A stretch of DNA of 37,150 bases, from contig RBZT01000852.1 in the NCBI GenBank assembly GCA_003693705.1, positions 1 through 37,150 on the forward strand. The letters run 5' to 3'. The translations under genes were made by a program, and so were the position numbers. Each line of letters opens with the position of its first letter. Position 1 is the first letter of the stretch. Origin of the DNA: Polymyxa betae A26-41 (Eukaryota > Protista > Endomyxa: Phytomyxea). Of this stretch, positions 11,896-23,378 are shown one piece after another. Below the pieces are notes generated by a model, which ran no database searches, had not been told where the DNA came from, and saw only the letters and a list, made by a program, of their open reading frames with translations.

Positions 11896-13432
11896 ATGAC
11901 TGATTACACAGTCATTCAAATCGCTCTGCATGGGGGCTCTACTGTTAGCTTTCCTGGACTGCACAGGCATATAAATTGTATACCATCACAATGTTATAGT
12001 GACTTAACTGCCGATGGCAGTCTTCGCCGAATGTTAGAGCAGCTCGAAGTCATCAGACCAATATAAGGGACATCCGTGACGTCAACTTACGCTATATATC
12101 GGACGAATTTTACGCATTTGTCGGGCCGAATTTCTAAAAGTGGTTCGCAAACCGTTGCGGAAGATATTTACTGATGAGACGTACAGGCAATGAAATACGG
12201 AACGTACCATAACGTCAAAGGTGACAACGCTCTCAGTGCTGCAGTAGATATCAATTCGCATTGGGATAAGGTGAGCGCATTGAATTAGGTACATAGCGTG
12301 TTACAAACTATTAATTGTAAGTAGGAGAGATTCTGGTTCGCTTTCTTTGAAGGAGCTCCAAATTCACAAAATCAGCCTCAATCAGCCGGCGCGACAAGCG
12401 ATGACACCAGGGGTCCGACGATTTTAACGTATCTGCAGAAACTACTCTGGCTGTGGTGATGCAGACCATGATAATGATGACGATTTGCCCGCTTCGCAGC
12501 AGACCATTTGGCGGGATCTCTCTGCCCTTGAACCAGAGTCGTTTTCTCAGGAGCTGTGTCAACTGTCTGATCTGGAACAGTATTTGAAGACGAGCGAGGC
12601 GTCAAATTACTTTATTTGTGTTGTCGGTTATCAAAGCCTGGATTTTTATTATGGCACACGGTTTCAGCATGAAGTCGAAGTCGCGTTGAACGACAAAACC
12701 AGAACGGTCATGTGCGACGACCTGCGACTGTGTCATACTCAACAGATGCCGAGATGTTCTCATAGATGGTCCTTAACTGTAAGCTTTGCGACCACCTGCT
12801 TGACTCCCGACGAGGTCACGTTCGAACTGTATGCTGAGGGGGCTTTCTCAAGATAAAAGCGATCTGTTTAAGGACCAGCTAGCTAGAGATGCTAAACTTG
12901 CAGCCGATACCAGACCAAAGCTGGTGCAAGGTTGGGGTTCCGGATAATGTAGCCTTAACTTTCCCATTATCTAACTGTTCTACAGATCCTGAACGACATC
13001 TCTCAATCAGTTGGTTGCCAATTGCAGCTGGAAGCGATGTCGTTTGTCAGCCTCGCAGAACTTACCACGTCCCAGCTTCGTTGGAACCAGTCGAGGTCGG
13101 CGAATCGGTAATCGCTTTTGCCATCGTTTCTTTCTTTAATTGAAATCCTAATACGGCCGTGCGGTAGGCTCATTCTTGCAGATCTCACGATGTTGGATAC
13201 GATTCTTAGGCAGCGGGCGCAACGTTTGCAGCGTGGAACCTGGAATCTCGATAGGGTTCATCAGACATTTGTGGCTGTGTACGAGGACATGTTCTCCCTG
13301 ACCCCTATGTTCTTTGCTATACTGAAAGAACATTTCAGGGCCTGCGAACGGGTAGGGCTGTTCAGAAGTATCCAATCGCTTCAGCACCAGATTCCCCCAA
13401 AAGAATATCGAAGGGCTGATATCGGCAACTGA
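11896..13432 (+). pseudogene. Fragmented coding-like sequence of unknown family
   Basis: A chain of protein-like + strand ORF segments (11896-12066, 12485-12856, 12889-13143, 13118-13432) broken by stops and frameshifts; possible GTGAG donor at ~12271. Confidence 0.3.
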
Positions 13433-14574
13433 AGAGGCATTCTGGTCAATGGATCCAGATACCTTAACCAGTATCTTCCTAACATGGCAAGGTTGCATGA
13501 TTGAAGTCATGAAAAACAACGGTGGGAACAGCTATAAGTTGTCACACACATCGGCAAAACGTCTTTGCTAAAGAAAGGACAGTTGCCAGTGTCGTTGAAA
13601 TGCCCTATGGAGGTCGTTGAGCAAGCAAAACACTTCATTTTGAACCAATAAATCACCTTTAGCACAAACCCGGGTTTTATCATGAGACAAGTAACGTGCG
13701 TTTCCGTGGTTTGTTTTGAGACAGAGGCTAGGGAGTATAATAATATATAATCAATAATGTAAAAAACTGCAATGCCCGGTTCGGCGATTAAGTAGTATGA
13801 TATGAATATGATACGGGCAGACCCCATGTTAAATTCGTTTGGTTTTTTTACCTAGAATTCCAAGCCGTAAAGGGACGACCTCTGGATTCGGGAGCTAGCA
13901 GTTCAGTGATGATGGCTGCAAACGATGTTCTTTCAGTACTGTCCTAATACTTGGGAGGAACATGGAGAGGTCGATTTGCTTCATTGTTTCAAACCCGATA
14001 CCTGACCCGCCAATAGAGACGACAATATGATGTCTCAATATTTTTATTTTTAAAAATAAAGCGTCAAATGACAAGTTCCTAAAAGCTGAGTACCGATTGT
14101 ATTTACGTCTCGAACTTCTTTACGCGACGATGCATCAATCACGAGATACAAGAAGTCGTATCTAACAAGGTCAAACCGAGGCAGGCTCAGACTGCCAAGA
14201 TGACCGAAAAGAAACGAGGGCGATAGAAACATGTATGCATTACCTAACTGTAGCAATCGCCATTCATTCCGCCGCCTTAGAAGAAATGATTATAAAAAAT
14301 CGATGCTGTCTCTACATGACTTCGTGAGTACAGTTATTCATTGAACAGAGTAAACCTTTTGCTAAGGATAACGAAAGTTAATGAAAGCAAAACAAACTGC
14401 AAAGAACGAATCTAATGCCAGTGCAAAAGCTATTAAATGCTCTCAAAAGCGCGCTCTGTATGGAAAATCGTGAGCCCCTGCTCCACCGATATTGTATATA
14501 ATGATTAATTGAGAAATGTCTCCAGATATTACATTCTAGGGTCAGATGTCGGATTGGAAATCTATGACCGAGGA

Positions 14575-16614
14575 TTACATGATTGAATCTGCATCGCTAT
14601 CAGAGACCGTGTGAGCGCTCTGGGAAAATTTATCCCTGGCACCATGTTGAAGCCTGTCCAGCCGTGTTCGATTCAGTCGGCTAGTCGAAGTATTTCGAGA
14701 AGCTGTGGACGGATTTACAGCCACCGGCTGGTTCAGAAAGAATTGATAGTTTGATCCTCTTGGATCAGCACCGGACGATTGCGGAATCATAATTATGTCT
14801 TGTAAGCTGCCGTTGTAAGATTCGGGCTCGGCCGCATTGATGACCTCGCGAGAAGAGTTTGGTTCAAAAAAACTGTTATTGGAGCGACTGGCAGCAAGGC
14901 TGTAAGTGGTCGACTGTTGGACGTAATATTTGGGAGCGTTAAAACCCGCCATCCCGTTGTGCTCGGGAGGCCGATCATGACGATCTTTCAAATCTGATAA
15001 GAGCCGCCGAAATACAGTATTTGCAATTATTGCCAGAATCACAACGACGACAGCGACTAACAGCCATATGAGCTCTTTCCGGGTCCAGAGCGAATCCGGT
15101 AACGCCTGTACGGCAGCTGAAGTCGGACACGAATCCGGATAAATCATGTACGAATCCGATCCGCATGTAGTGACGAAAACGGCAACGATGTCAATAGGAA
15201 TGGTAGGATCTGCAGCGAGCGTTAACAGCGGCGATGTGCGAATGACACTTTTCGAATTCTGCATCTGTATGTTAAATGCGGACGCCAGCAACGACCCATC
15301 AGAGTCGGTGTTGTCGCCAAGAATCACGAATGAGATCTCGGTGGAGGTTCGGGTTCGATTCTTGAATTGTACAAGAACGAACCGGGAGGATTGCACATTG
15401 AAAGCCGAACCCAAATCTCTGATGAATGCCGTCTTTAAAGTTTTCTCAACCGAATCAGGAAAGTCCAGTGTCGATCCTGGAACAGTTAGAGATACCTTCC
15501 TGGCGTTGGATATTGGGCTTGTTACAGGACGCGATGAGAGGGAGGGTGAAGCACTTGGCGATAATACAAACAGCGACGAAATTGAGGAAGTCGATTTCCA
15601 TACTGAAGGAGAAGGCGAACTTGATGGCCTTGAACTGTTAGAGATTGGTGCTTTCGTAGACGGCGATGATGATTTAAAAGCTGATTCACAGATCATAGAG
15701 ACAGCGACCCATTTACTCCAACCTGGGCAAGGGTCCACACTAAACTCTTTGTTGGTTTTCGGAATCGAGCACGACCTCTTTCCCAAACATGCGTTATTGA
15801 CAATAGGGAGCGCAGACGATCCGAGATCACATCCAGGAGATGGAGCGAAATTGGGCCACATACCAATAGGGCGACCATAGAGAGCTTGCTGTACAGAAAC
15901 GATGGTCATGTTGTTGGGACAAGAAATGTTCAGATTCGCGCTGGGTCTTTCAAAGGAAAGCCCACCGATCTGCGCCCCGATCGAGTAGAAATACGGAGGC
16001 GGGTAGATCGTGCTATAAAGCTCGAAATCGTCGGAGCTCAGCGCGACCGCGATCGAGCTTAGCCGAATCACATACACCGGAACCGGATTCGTCGACAATG
16101 TCACAACATTCACCGACGTCATTGCCGTACTGGACGTGAACATATCGCCTCGAAGCGAGACTTTCTTCGACGAATAGGTCGGATTGGAGACCATCGTGTT
16201 GACCCTATTGGCGACGTAAAACTGGACGTTCCGATCAGGGCCATTACCAATCGAAATCCCGAACGAAAACCAGGTATCCAAACTGACACTGGGGCCTATT
16301 ACCATCTCATTACCGAACGTTGTACTGATGTTGGTCGCCAGATACCGATCTTGGTAGATATAGACTTTGGGAAGCGATAACGAAGTATCAGAATCGGGAT
16401 GGACGGTGAAGATGATACGGGTTGACAACTCGTTTGAAGGGACCTGGGCCATTCCCATATACGAGACGCTCACACTTGAACGAACTGTCTGCATCCGATA
16501 CCAGGTGTTCGCGACTGTCGAGACAGTTCGATAAGGTTCGTTGAACATCACATTGTAAGGCGGAGCAGCACCGGTTGAGACCGCCGCCAGCAGGCTCAGA
16601 GCCAAAACCAGCAT
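14575..16614 (-). CDS. Type I membrane SUEL/Gal-rhamnose-binding lectin protein, copy A (intact, intronless, 679 aa)
   Basis: Signal peptide MLVLALSLLAAVSTG; ~200-aa beta-rich domain; SUEL pattern ISCPNNMTIVSVQQALYGR...GC...CLGKRSCSIP...FSVDPCPGWSKWVAVSMIC; S/P/T stalk; juxtamembrane domain AFIRDLGSAFNV...RF; TM LIWLLVAVVVVILAIIA; ~140-aa cytoplasmic tail. Confidence 0.9.
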   Translation of the reverse strand: MLVLALSLLAAVSTGAAPPYNVMFNEPYRTVSTVANTWYRMQTVRSSVSVSYMGMAQVPSNELSTRIIFTVHPDSDTSLSLPKVYIYQDRYLATNISTTFGNEMVIGPSVSLDTWFSFGISIGNGPDRNVQFYVANRVNTMVSNPTYSSKKVSLRGDMFTSSTAMTSVNVVTLSTNPVPVYVIRLSSIAVALSSDDFELYSTIYPPPYFYSIGAQIGGLSFERPSANLNISCPNNMTIVSVQQALYGRPIGMWPNFAPSPGCDLGSSALPIVNNACLGKRSCSIPKTNKEFSVDPCPGWSKWVAVSMICESAFKSSSPSTKAPISNSSRPSSSPSPSVWKSTSSISSLFVLSPSASPSLSSRPVTSPISNARKVSLTVPGSTLDFPDSVEKTLKTAFIRDLGSAFNVQSSRFVLVQFKNRTRTSTEISFVILGDNTDSDGSLLASAFNIQMQNSKSVIRTSPLLTLAADPTIPIDIVAVFVTTCGSDSYMIYPDSCPTSAAVQALPDSLWTRKELIWLLVAVVVVILAIIANTVFRRLLSDLKDRHDRPPEHNGMAGFNAPKYYVQQSTTYSLAASRSNNSFFEPNSSREVINAAEPESYNGSLQDIIMIPQSSGADPRGSNYQFFLNQPVAVNPSTASRNTSTSRLNRTRLDRLQHGARDKFSQSAHTVSDSDADSIM

Positions 16615-17029
16615 TTCTGCCGGGAGAGTTCAGAACGGGCACAAAAATCAGAGATATTTCATGAAGACACGCGCCGACATTATCGAAATCTTTTGGTGGT
16701 GCTCCCTTTCAAATAACCTGCTACGTACATGCTTTTTTCGCAAGGAAATGTTGATGTCGATGGGTATTACACGCTGGATGATCCATCGCTATCAGAAAAC
16801 GTGTGGGCGCCTTGGATCGGATTTATCTCTAACGCCGTGCTGGAGTCGGTCCAGCCGAGTCCGGGATCTGAAGCAGCCGATGTATTGTACTTGGCACTTG
16901 ACAGCTTGATGACGATTGGTGGGCTGACATAAAGATAGTGCTAATTAGACCCTGATATGAGAAGATGGGATATGATCAGGATCTGTCTTAATCGAATTGA
17001 GCAGGAAGCCTCTGGGCGCTGCAGAAACC

Positions 17030-18560
17030 CGAATGAATCGTCAATACAGAATCATCAGCGAAATAGATACCAGACAGACGATCATACCGCCAAATATCGA
17101 TTCGTTTCGATCCAAATTGAAAGCGATTTTACGGCTCGAATAGGCATGAATCCGGGTAGACCACTGACGAATTCGTCCAGCAGACTGAGATGAAAAATAC
17201 GACATTCTCGACTAGAACGGGTGGATCGCCAGCAGAATTTAATAGCGTCGCCGTTCGAGCTGCACTCCTCAGCGTTGACATTTGCCTGTATACGGAAAGA
17301 CCCATCGGTGTCGGTGCCATTCGGAAGCACCACGAATGAGATTAGAGGTGACGTTTTTGTCTGAGTCCTTGATAGCTTGACGTTGGGAGTTGCGGCCACG
17401 ACTGATAGGAAGGCCTGGTGCTATCGGTCTCGGGTAGGCCCAATTGTTTGCGAGACTTTCGTGACAAACAAATGAGAGCTTGCGGCCGTCGTTGAGCCGT
17501 CCTGATAGCCATGACTGGCTAGCGAAGAGTCAACCGATAAGAATAGGCGAAACAGAAATCAGTATTCTCGCCACTAATACTGAAGAGAAGTTCTTGGAGC
17601 TAGACAGCTGCAAGGACAAGATGAACGTGTCTACGGCATGAGCAATGAGGGCGAGGCGGAAGGCGAGGATGGCATGGTGGAAGCTGTCTAACCTGAACAG
17701 AGCAACCCAAAAGAGACCCATGAATAAAGATCGAATCCATAGCTGGCGTTGGTCTGAGCAATATGCAGCTGTGTCTGCCGAGACATGATCTGGGAATAAC
17801 TTTCAAGAAGGCGTTATCGGTATCGAGGCGTGATTGGCGGCGGAATTCGGCCAGCGACAAAGTTGACGTTCATAATGATTGGATTTGATTCTGAATTGCA
17901 AGGATAGGAAACACTGCCAGCAGCTGCTCCAGGCGTTCAAATAGGAACGCAACGATCTGATTGTTCTTCTGATAAATGTTGCCAACGGGGAAAGGATATC
18001 GACAGTCGAAGCTGAGGAGAGCAGATGGGGATATTCGTATGGTGTGCAGATAGACAGAAACCGAATTCTTCCAGACTGATACAGCGTCGACAGTGAACAC
18101 CGGCCTGTTAAGGATATCGCCACGAAGAGGGCAGGCAGACATTGAATAAGGTGTTGCGGTCATTGCCGAGACGAAAAGTTCGACGCTACGAGAAGGAAGG
18201 GGTGACGGGACCAAAGAAGATCTCTGCGCCCCAGATTGTCGTGATGTCTGCTGTAAAGATTGGTTACCAGCAATGTAAACGTTGAGAAGAACGGAAGTGC
18301 ATGATTCGCTTGAGCTTAAAAGATGAGTACTGAAGTAGATCTGGTTGTTGGCAATTGAATCCATCCTTGGTAAGAAATAGCAACTGATTGGGATATTCGT
18401 CATAGAGCCAATATGGAGTTGCCGACAATGATTCGGTAAGTATAAGCTCGATGTATGGATACAATGCCGATGTGGGTTGGTGACGAATTGGATGATATAA
18501 CGGCATGAGCTACCACAGAGAGCATTGATCTAGGTGAAGGAGACAAACGCCAGCGCTCCT
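17030..18560 (-). pseudogene. SUEL lectin membrane protein paralog, copy B (decayed)
   Basis: Collinear fragments match copies A/D: PLRGDIL, AFLFER, SCLGRHSC, ISFVVLPNGTDTDGS, LLNSAGDPPV, VVYPDSC. Many frameshifts and stops. Candidate intron 17519-17580. Confidence 0.8.
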
Positions 18561-18599
18561 AGATTATCGGTTTCGGCAATACAATCCATTATGACAGCC

Positions 18600-19460
18600 G
18601 GAATAACATCCTAGACCGTCCATAGCGCCAGCAGACAGCATATACAAAAATCTCCAAAACACAAAGGACAACAGCGACAAGGAATAAGAGCTTTTAGTTC
18701 CATGACGACGAGCTTGTCGATGCTTTTGCGACCCTAGATGCACAAGGATCAGGATCCATTACATACGAATCCTCTTCACAGAGCGTCTCACATAGCTCCA
18801 GAAATCGATTGAGCGTATGCTGCTTTTTGGACTCTGCATCTATAATCGTTTCGCTAACAGAGAGGAATCGGGATCGGGAAACCACAGTCAACGGCTGGGT
18901 CCGGTTTTAAAACTGCAGAAGAATGAATCTGACGGATATGACGCTCAGAGCTGAGCTCCGGTCTCTGATAAAAGCCATCTTCAAAAGGCTCTGAACTGGG
19001 TCAGTGATGTCAATGTCGCTTCAGCCACTGTTAGAAGAATCCTCTGGCTGTTTGACAAAAAATCATGCAGCGCGTCGACCTAAACATATGAAGTCAGCAT
19101 TTGAAATGATTGAAAATGCAAAACGATGCTGTAATGAACAGGCACACCTGCGAGAAAACTCGATAGTATGAACTCACATAAGCGATGGTACAATTGCCCG
19201 CTAGGACCAACGGAGACGAATTCTATTCATTTAAAAACCTGAACAAGTGGAAAGAGCATGACGATCAGGCCTTCATTTCTCACAGGCAGATTTGTTGGCA
19301 ATCTGCAGAATACGAAAACAGCCAAAGACATAGAAGCAAACGCTGATTGTTGACAAGTCTGGCTTCGATCCGCAAGTTCTCGGATCCAGACAGCTGTGTT
19401 CAATGTTGACACGTCTGACTTGAAATACGATCCGAAAGTTCTCGGGTCCAAAGACAGCTG
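18600..19460 (-). pseudogene. Paralog copy C (decayed; juxtamembrane domain and TM recognisable, lectin domain not)
   Basis: Minus-strand translation gives LSNSQRILLTVAEATL, DITDPVQSLLKMAFIRDRSSALSVISVRFILLQF*NRT, LCEEDSYVMDPDPC and SWN*KLLFLVAVVL. These match copy A segments ISNARKVSLTV, LKTAFIRDLGSAFNVQSSRFVLVQFKNRT, TCGSDSYMIYPDSC and WTRKELIWLLVAVVV. Confidence 0.75.
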
Positions 19461-19889
19461 CATTCAATGATGACAGGATTCTAATTCAAAGCCAAATACT
19501 CTTAGAGCATGAAGTGAGGACTGAGGGGGCTTAGTATAGCGCAACCCTTTCTTAGCTCTGATATAATCACACTCACTCATTCGGTTAGACAGAATCGTGA
19601 TTGTATGGCAATGGGGCAGGCTATATAGCCAGCCCACAGAGCAGTTTAAAATCGACTGTTGTCAGATTGGGTTTATTGCAAATTTCTTCACCAATTTGTA
19701 GGTTTGCATAAAGTCGAATTTCAGCACGATCGCGAATCTTGACACTGCAGATCATCGAGGTTTAAACATGGCTAGGTAGCAGATATCTGCAGGAAGCCTT
19801 AAAGACATCATTCACTGGAATGATATTGCCTCGAAAATATCTCGAAGTGCCTTGCCTCAGATCTGAATACTAAAGAAAATGAGAACTGT

Positions 19890-21989
19890 CTACAAAGCAG
19901 ATTTTTGAAGCGATTGCGTATTTCCTCCATTCAGGGATGGGAACACGAAGCCATTCGGATTCAGATTCGGCATTGGACTGTTCAGCGTCTGACCGACGTG
20001 AATCGGATAGTTTGATGTCAGATTTGGCAGCACCTCCTGAACACTATTAATCGGTTGAAAACTTGGAACTGCTGGTGTCGTTTGCTGCAAAGTTCCATTA
20101 GCTCGCGTCGAAGCCCTGCGCTGAAACCGAATCAAAATATACAAGCCAGCGACGACGATCACAGAACACAAAACAATCACGGCTCCATGCGCTTTGCCAA
20201 AACCTGATTCGTTATCTGATAAAAGTACTCCAGAAATAGAGGATGGGCAAGGATTCGGGTATATCACATACGAGCCTGAATCACAAAACGAGATGTGAAT
20301 GGTCTCGACGTTGATAGAAACAGGAGGGTCACTGGCCGACTTCAATAAATCTCCAGCTCGAAGCCTGCTGCTTGAAATCTGCATTTGATCGTAGAAGTCG
20401 TTGACCAGAAGCGATCCTTCGGGATCAGTGGCGTTCGGCAGAATCACAAACGATAACAGCGTCGACGTTGCGGTCTGGTCAAAGAATTGGACCATGATGA
20501 ACCTGGTCTTTGGCACGTTAAGAGCAGCACTCATATCGTTGATGAACCATTCAATCAAAGCCGTTCGAACCGAGTCCCTCATGCCCAAAGTTGACTCGAA
20601 GACGTTTAGAGAGATACGCCATGCGTTCGAATTTGTTCGAGATATAGGCCTAAGAAAAGTTTTAGCAAAGAATGCAAACATAAGGGCTGAACGCCAAAAA
20701 GCTATCTCGGAAAAAGCTTAAAGGCACATACACCAATGAGGGTACGTTGGCAGCTTGAGAAGTATTGCTTATTGCAGGAGAATAAACCTTTGGCGATGGA
20801 ACTTTGAGAGAAGAAGCAGTCTTTGATGATGGTGCCGCGACAGGCGAAGAAACTGTGGATGCTGATTGTAATGGAGCTGAGAGGGACCAAGAAGCTGTTG
20901 ATGGGGACTGGAGAGAAGAAGCAATCTTTGAGGATGGAGCCGCGACAGGCGAAGAAACTGTTGATGCTGATTGTAAGGGAGCTGAGAGGGACCAAGAAGC
21001 AGTTGATGGGGACTGAGAAGAAGGCGTGAAGGTCGCATTACAGAGCATAGCAACAAAACCCATTTTCTATATCCTGCGCAGGGGTTATACTGGAAATCGT
21101 CGTTAGTTCTAGGAACTGTGCATGTGTTCTTGCCGAGGCACGCCTTCTGGACGACAGGAAGGGCGCCGGGTCCCATATCGCAGGCTGAATTCGGCGCGGT
21201 CCTAAATCCCAATCCAGATGGACGATCGTAGTAGGCAGACTGAACAGAAGCGATAACCTGATCTCCAGGGCAGGAGATATTCGGAACGACGCCTGAAATC
21301 TCGAAGGCGAGCGCGCCAATCGTAGATCCGACTTGATAGAACGAAGGCGACGGGAAATTGAATCGAAATAAATCGAAATCGACAAAGTCCATCGATTGCG
21401 GGAATACACGTAATGACGTCATATAAACCGGGACCGGAAATGTCGATAGCAATAGCTGTGGTGCGAGCACGACGGCTGTAGACGATGTCAGAATATCTCC
21501 ACGAAGCGGAACCGTTTTCGCCCAATAGCCCGGGACGATGTTTGTCACCAGATTGGAGACATAAAATTTGACATTGCGACCAGGTCCGTTTGTAATCGAG
21601 ATTCCGAAGGAGAACCAGATATCTTGAGTGATATTTGGTCCAATTAGCATTTCGTTGCCGAACGTTGTCGTGATGTTGGCAGCCAAGAACTTATCTTGAT
21701 AGATAAAGACGTTCGGAAGCGCTTGAGAGGTATCAGCAATGGGACGGACTGAAAAAAGAAGGCGGTTTGCTGATTGGGTAGAAGGAACTTGGGCAAAGCC
21801 CATATACGAGACAGCAACAGATGAGATATTCGTCATGCTGCGATATGTAAAGAAAGTGACCACAGTATCTGATGTGCGATAAGGATCCCCGATTAACCTG
21901 ATATAAGGAGGAAAAGCGGCAGTGGATAAGTTCGGGATCAGCAGGCCCCATAACAACAACAGTATAGAGTAGGTGGTCATCTCCGTCAT
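19890..21989 (-). CDS. SUEL lectin membrane protein, copy D (one intron 20650-20731; one 1-nt frameshift at ~21056)
   Basis: Signal peptide, N-domain and SUEL are closely similar to copy A. A GTATGT...CTAAAAC...TTAG intron splices in frame (SLV|PISR). Adding one T to a T4 run restores KWVFVAMLC. TM is AVIVLCSVIVVAGLYILI. Confidence 0.85.
20806..21015 (-). repeat. 2 x 105-bp (35-aa) tandem duplication in the S/P-rich stalk of copy D
   Basis: PSTASWSLSAPLQSASTVSSPVAAPSSK(I/T)ASSL occurs twice; units start at 20806 and 20911 on the + strand. Confidence 0.95.
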
Positions 21990-22709
21990 TCACCACATAT
22001 CTGTGGATCTAAGTAGATTCACCACCGACCAAAATATCTGCTCCATATAGGATGTGAGGACCAACGTCTTGTTAGGGCCGCCTGCCTTTGCTGAAATCGC
22101 AAACATTACAGGTGAGATCAGTATTAATTGGCGAAGAGTTTTTTCACAAAATTTGCGGCCTTCATTGTCCAAAAATAGCTGACTGGTTTGACTCAGATAA
22201 TGGCGGCAGCGAATCAGACAATAAACCTATTCAAACTTAGATGGATTTCGGCCACTGATTGCCAGCAATAGATAACGAGTGAAAATTTCGCAGGATTCCA
22301 TTCTACGAGAGACGAGAATGTCAACAGCGATCCTTGAACCGATGCGTGTTTAATATTAGAAACACAACTACAGTTCAGGCAGAGCGAGATCCGGGCCCTT
22401 ATCGAGCCTTTGCCTCTTGGATGACGACGGCTTTTCCGGTGTGATGGCAGTGTATTCAGGCTTGGCCTGATATCAACGTTATTTAAATCCTGCTCGAGCT
22501 GGTGCTATAGGTTACCGTTCTAGATCGGATCTTATCACAGCTGAGAGACTCTTGCAAAGCCGCTTTGATTTCTTTCGCGTATCCTTCTTCAGTGCACATG
22601 ATCTTCCAAATTTTGTTTTGCTTGCGCTTATTCTCGCCATAGAAGAGAACATTGTGAACCACGTTGATGTTTTTAAAGCTCAGAATGTGGAAAATAGTCC
22701 TAGAGTTCA

Positions 22710-22931
22710 GTCAATCAGAATCGGTAGAAAGAAGCACAAAAGAAACACCGAATTCGTGACAAGATGCAAATCATGGTGCAGTGAGGTGAGAAAAAAGGGT
22801 GAAAACTTTCAGAAAGTGTCAATCAGAATGGGTAGAAAAAAGCATAAAAGAAAAACCGAATACATGACAAGATGCAAATCATGGTGAAGCGATGCGTTCG
22901 AGGTGAGAAAAGAGTGAAAACTTTCAGAAAG
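22710..22931 (+). repeat. ~108-bp imperfect tandem duplication
   Basis: gtcaatcagaat(c/g)ggtagaaa...gacaagatgcaaatcatggtg...gtgaaaactttcagaaag at 22710 and 22818. Confidence 0.85.
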
Positions 22932-22959
22932 GAAACGAAAACAAATTCGAAACAAAAAA

Positions 22960-23378
22960 CTGACTGTTTGTTGACGGTTGGTGGCACATTCGTGACGATT
23001 ACTGGATATTCGACATAATTCTGGAGAAGCCGTTTACGCTGAGGAGCGGCCAAGACGACGCTCAGCGCCTTCCCTCGGTACATGGCCTGATCCATTATCG
23101 TCATGGCACGCAGCGCCTCGTCTCGGTCTAGGAAATGGACTGCAAAACAATTCAGCATACGACGACAATCGCCTGCTGCAATCCTACTATAAGCGAATCG
23201 TCGTGAATGCAGCACCGCCTTGAGCACCGTCCCATACTGGGAGAAATCCAGTGCCAGATCGACTTCGCTGACAGCCCTATGGACGCCTGATTAGCGCCCA
23301 GCCGACAGCGACCAGGGTCGGCGCTTACTCAGGGACATATTTGACGAAGAGGGTGGCGCCGGTCGACGCCTCCTCCAT
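22960..23378 (-). CDS. RRM RNA-binding protein (PABP-like RRM plus the start of a second RRM); exon structure imperfect, possibly a pseudogene
   Basis: MEEASTGATLFVK (RNP2), VSEVDLALDFSQYGTVLK, CFAVHFLDRDEALRAMTIMDQAMYRGKALSV, then VIVTNVPPTV. An intron-like GTAAGC...CTAATCAG is present but the phases do not match cleanly. The 3' end is unresolved. Confidence 0.7.

Noticed and set aside
15146-15880. 244-aa + strand ORF
   Set aside because: Antisense shadow of lectin copy A, with no independent motifs.
16729-16932. Protein-like + strand fragment (GNVDVDGYYTLDDPSLSENVWAPW...)
   Set aside because: Short, with no convincing start or exon chain and no recognisable family.
20806-22931. Tandem repeats as possible CRISPR arrays
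   Set aside because: Only two adjacent units each, no spacers, and the context is eukaryotic.
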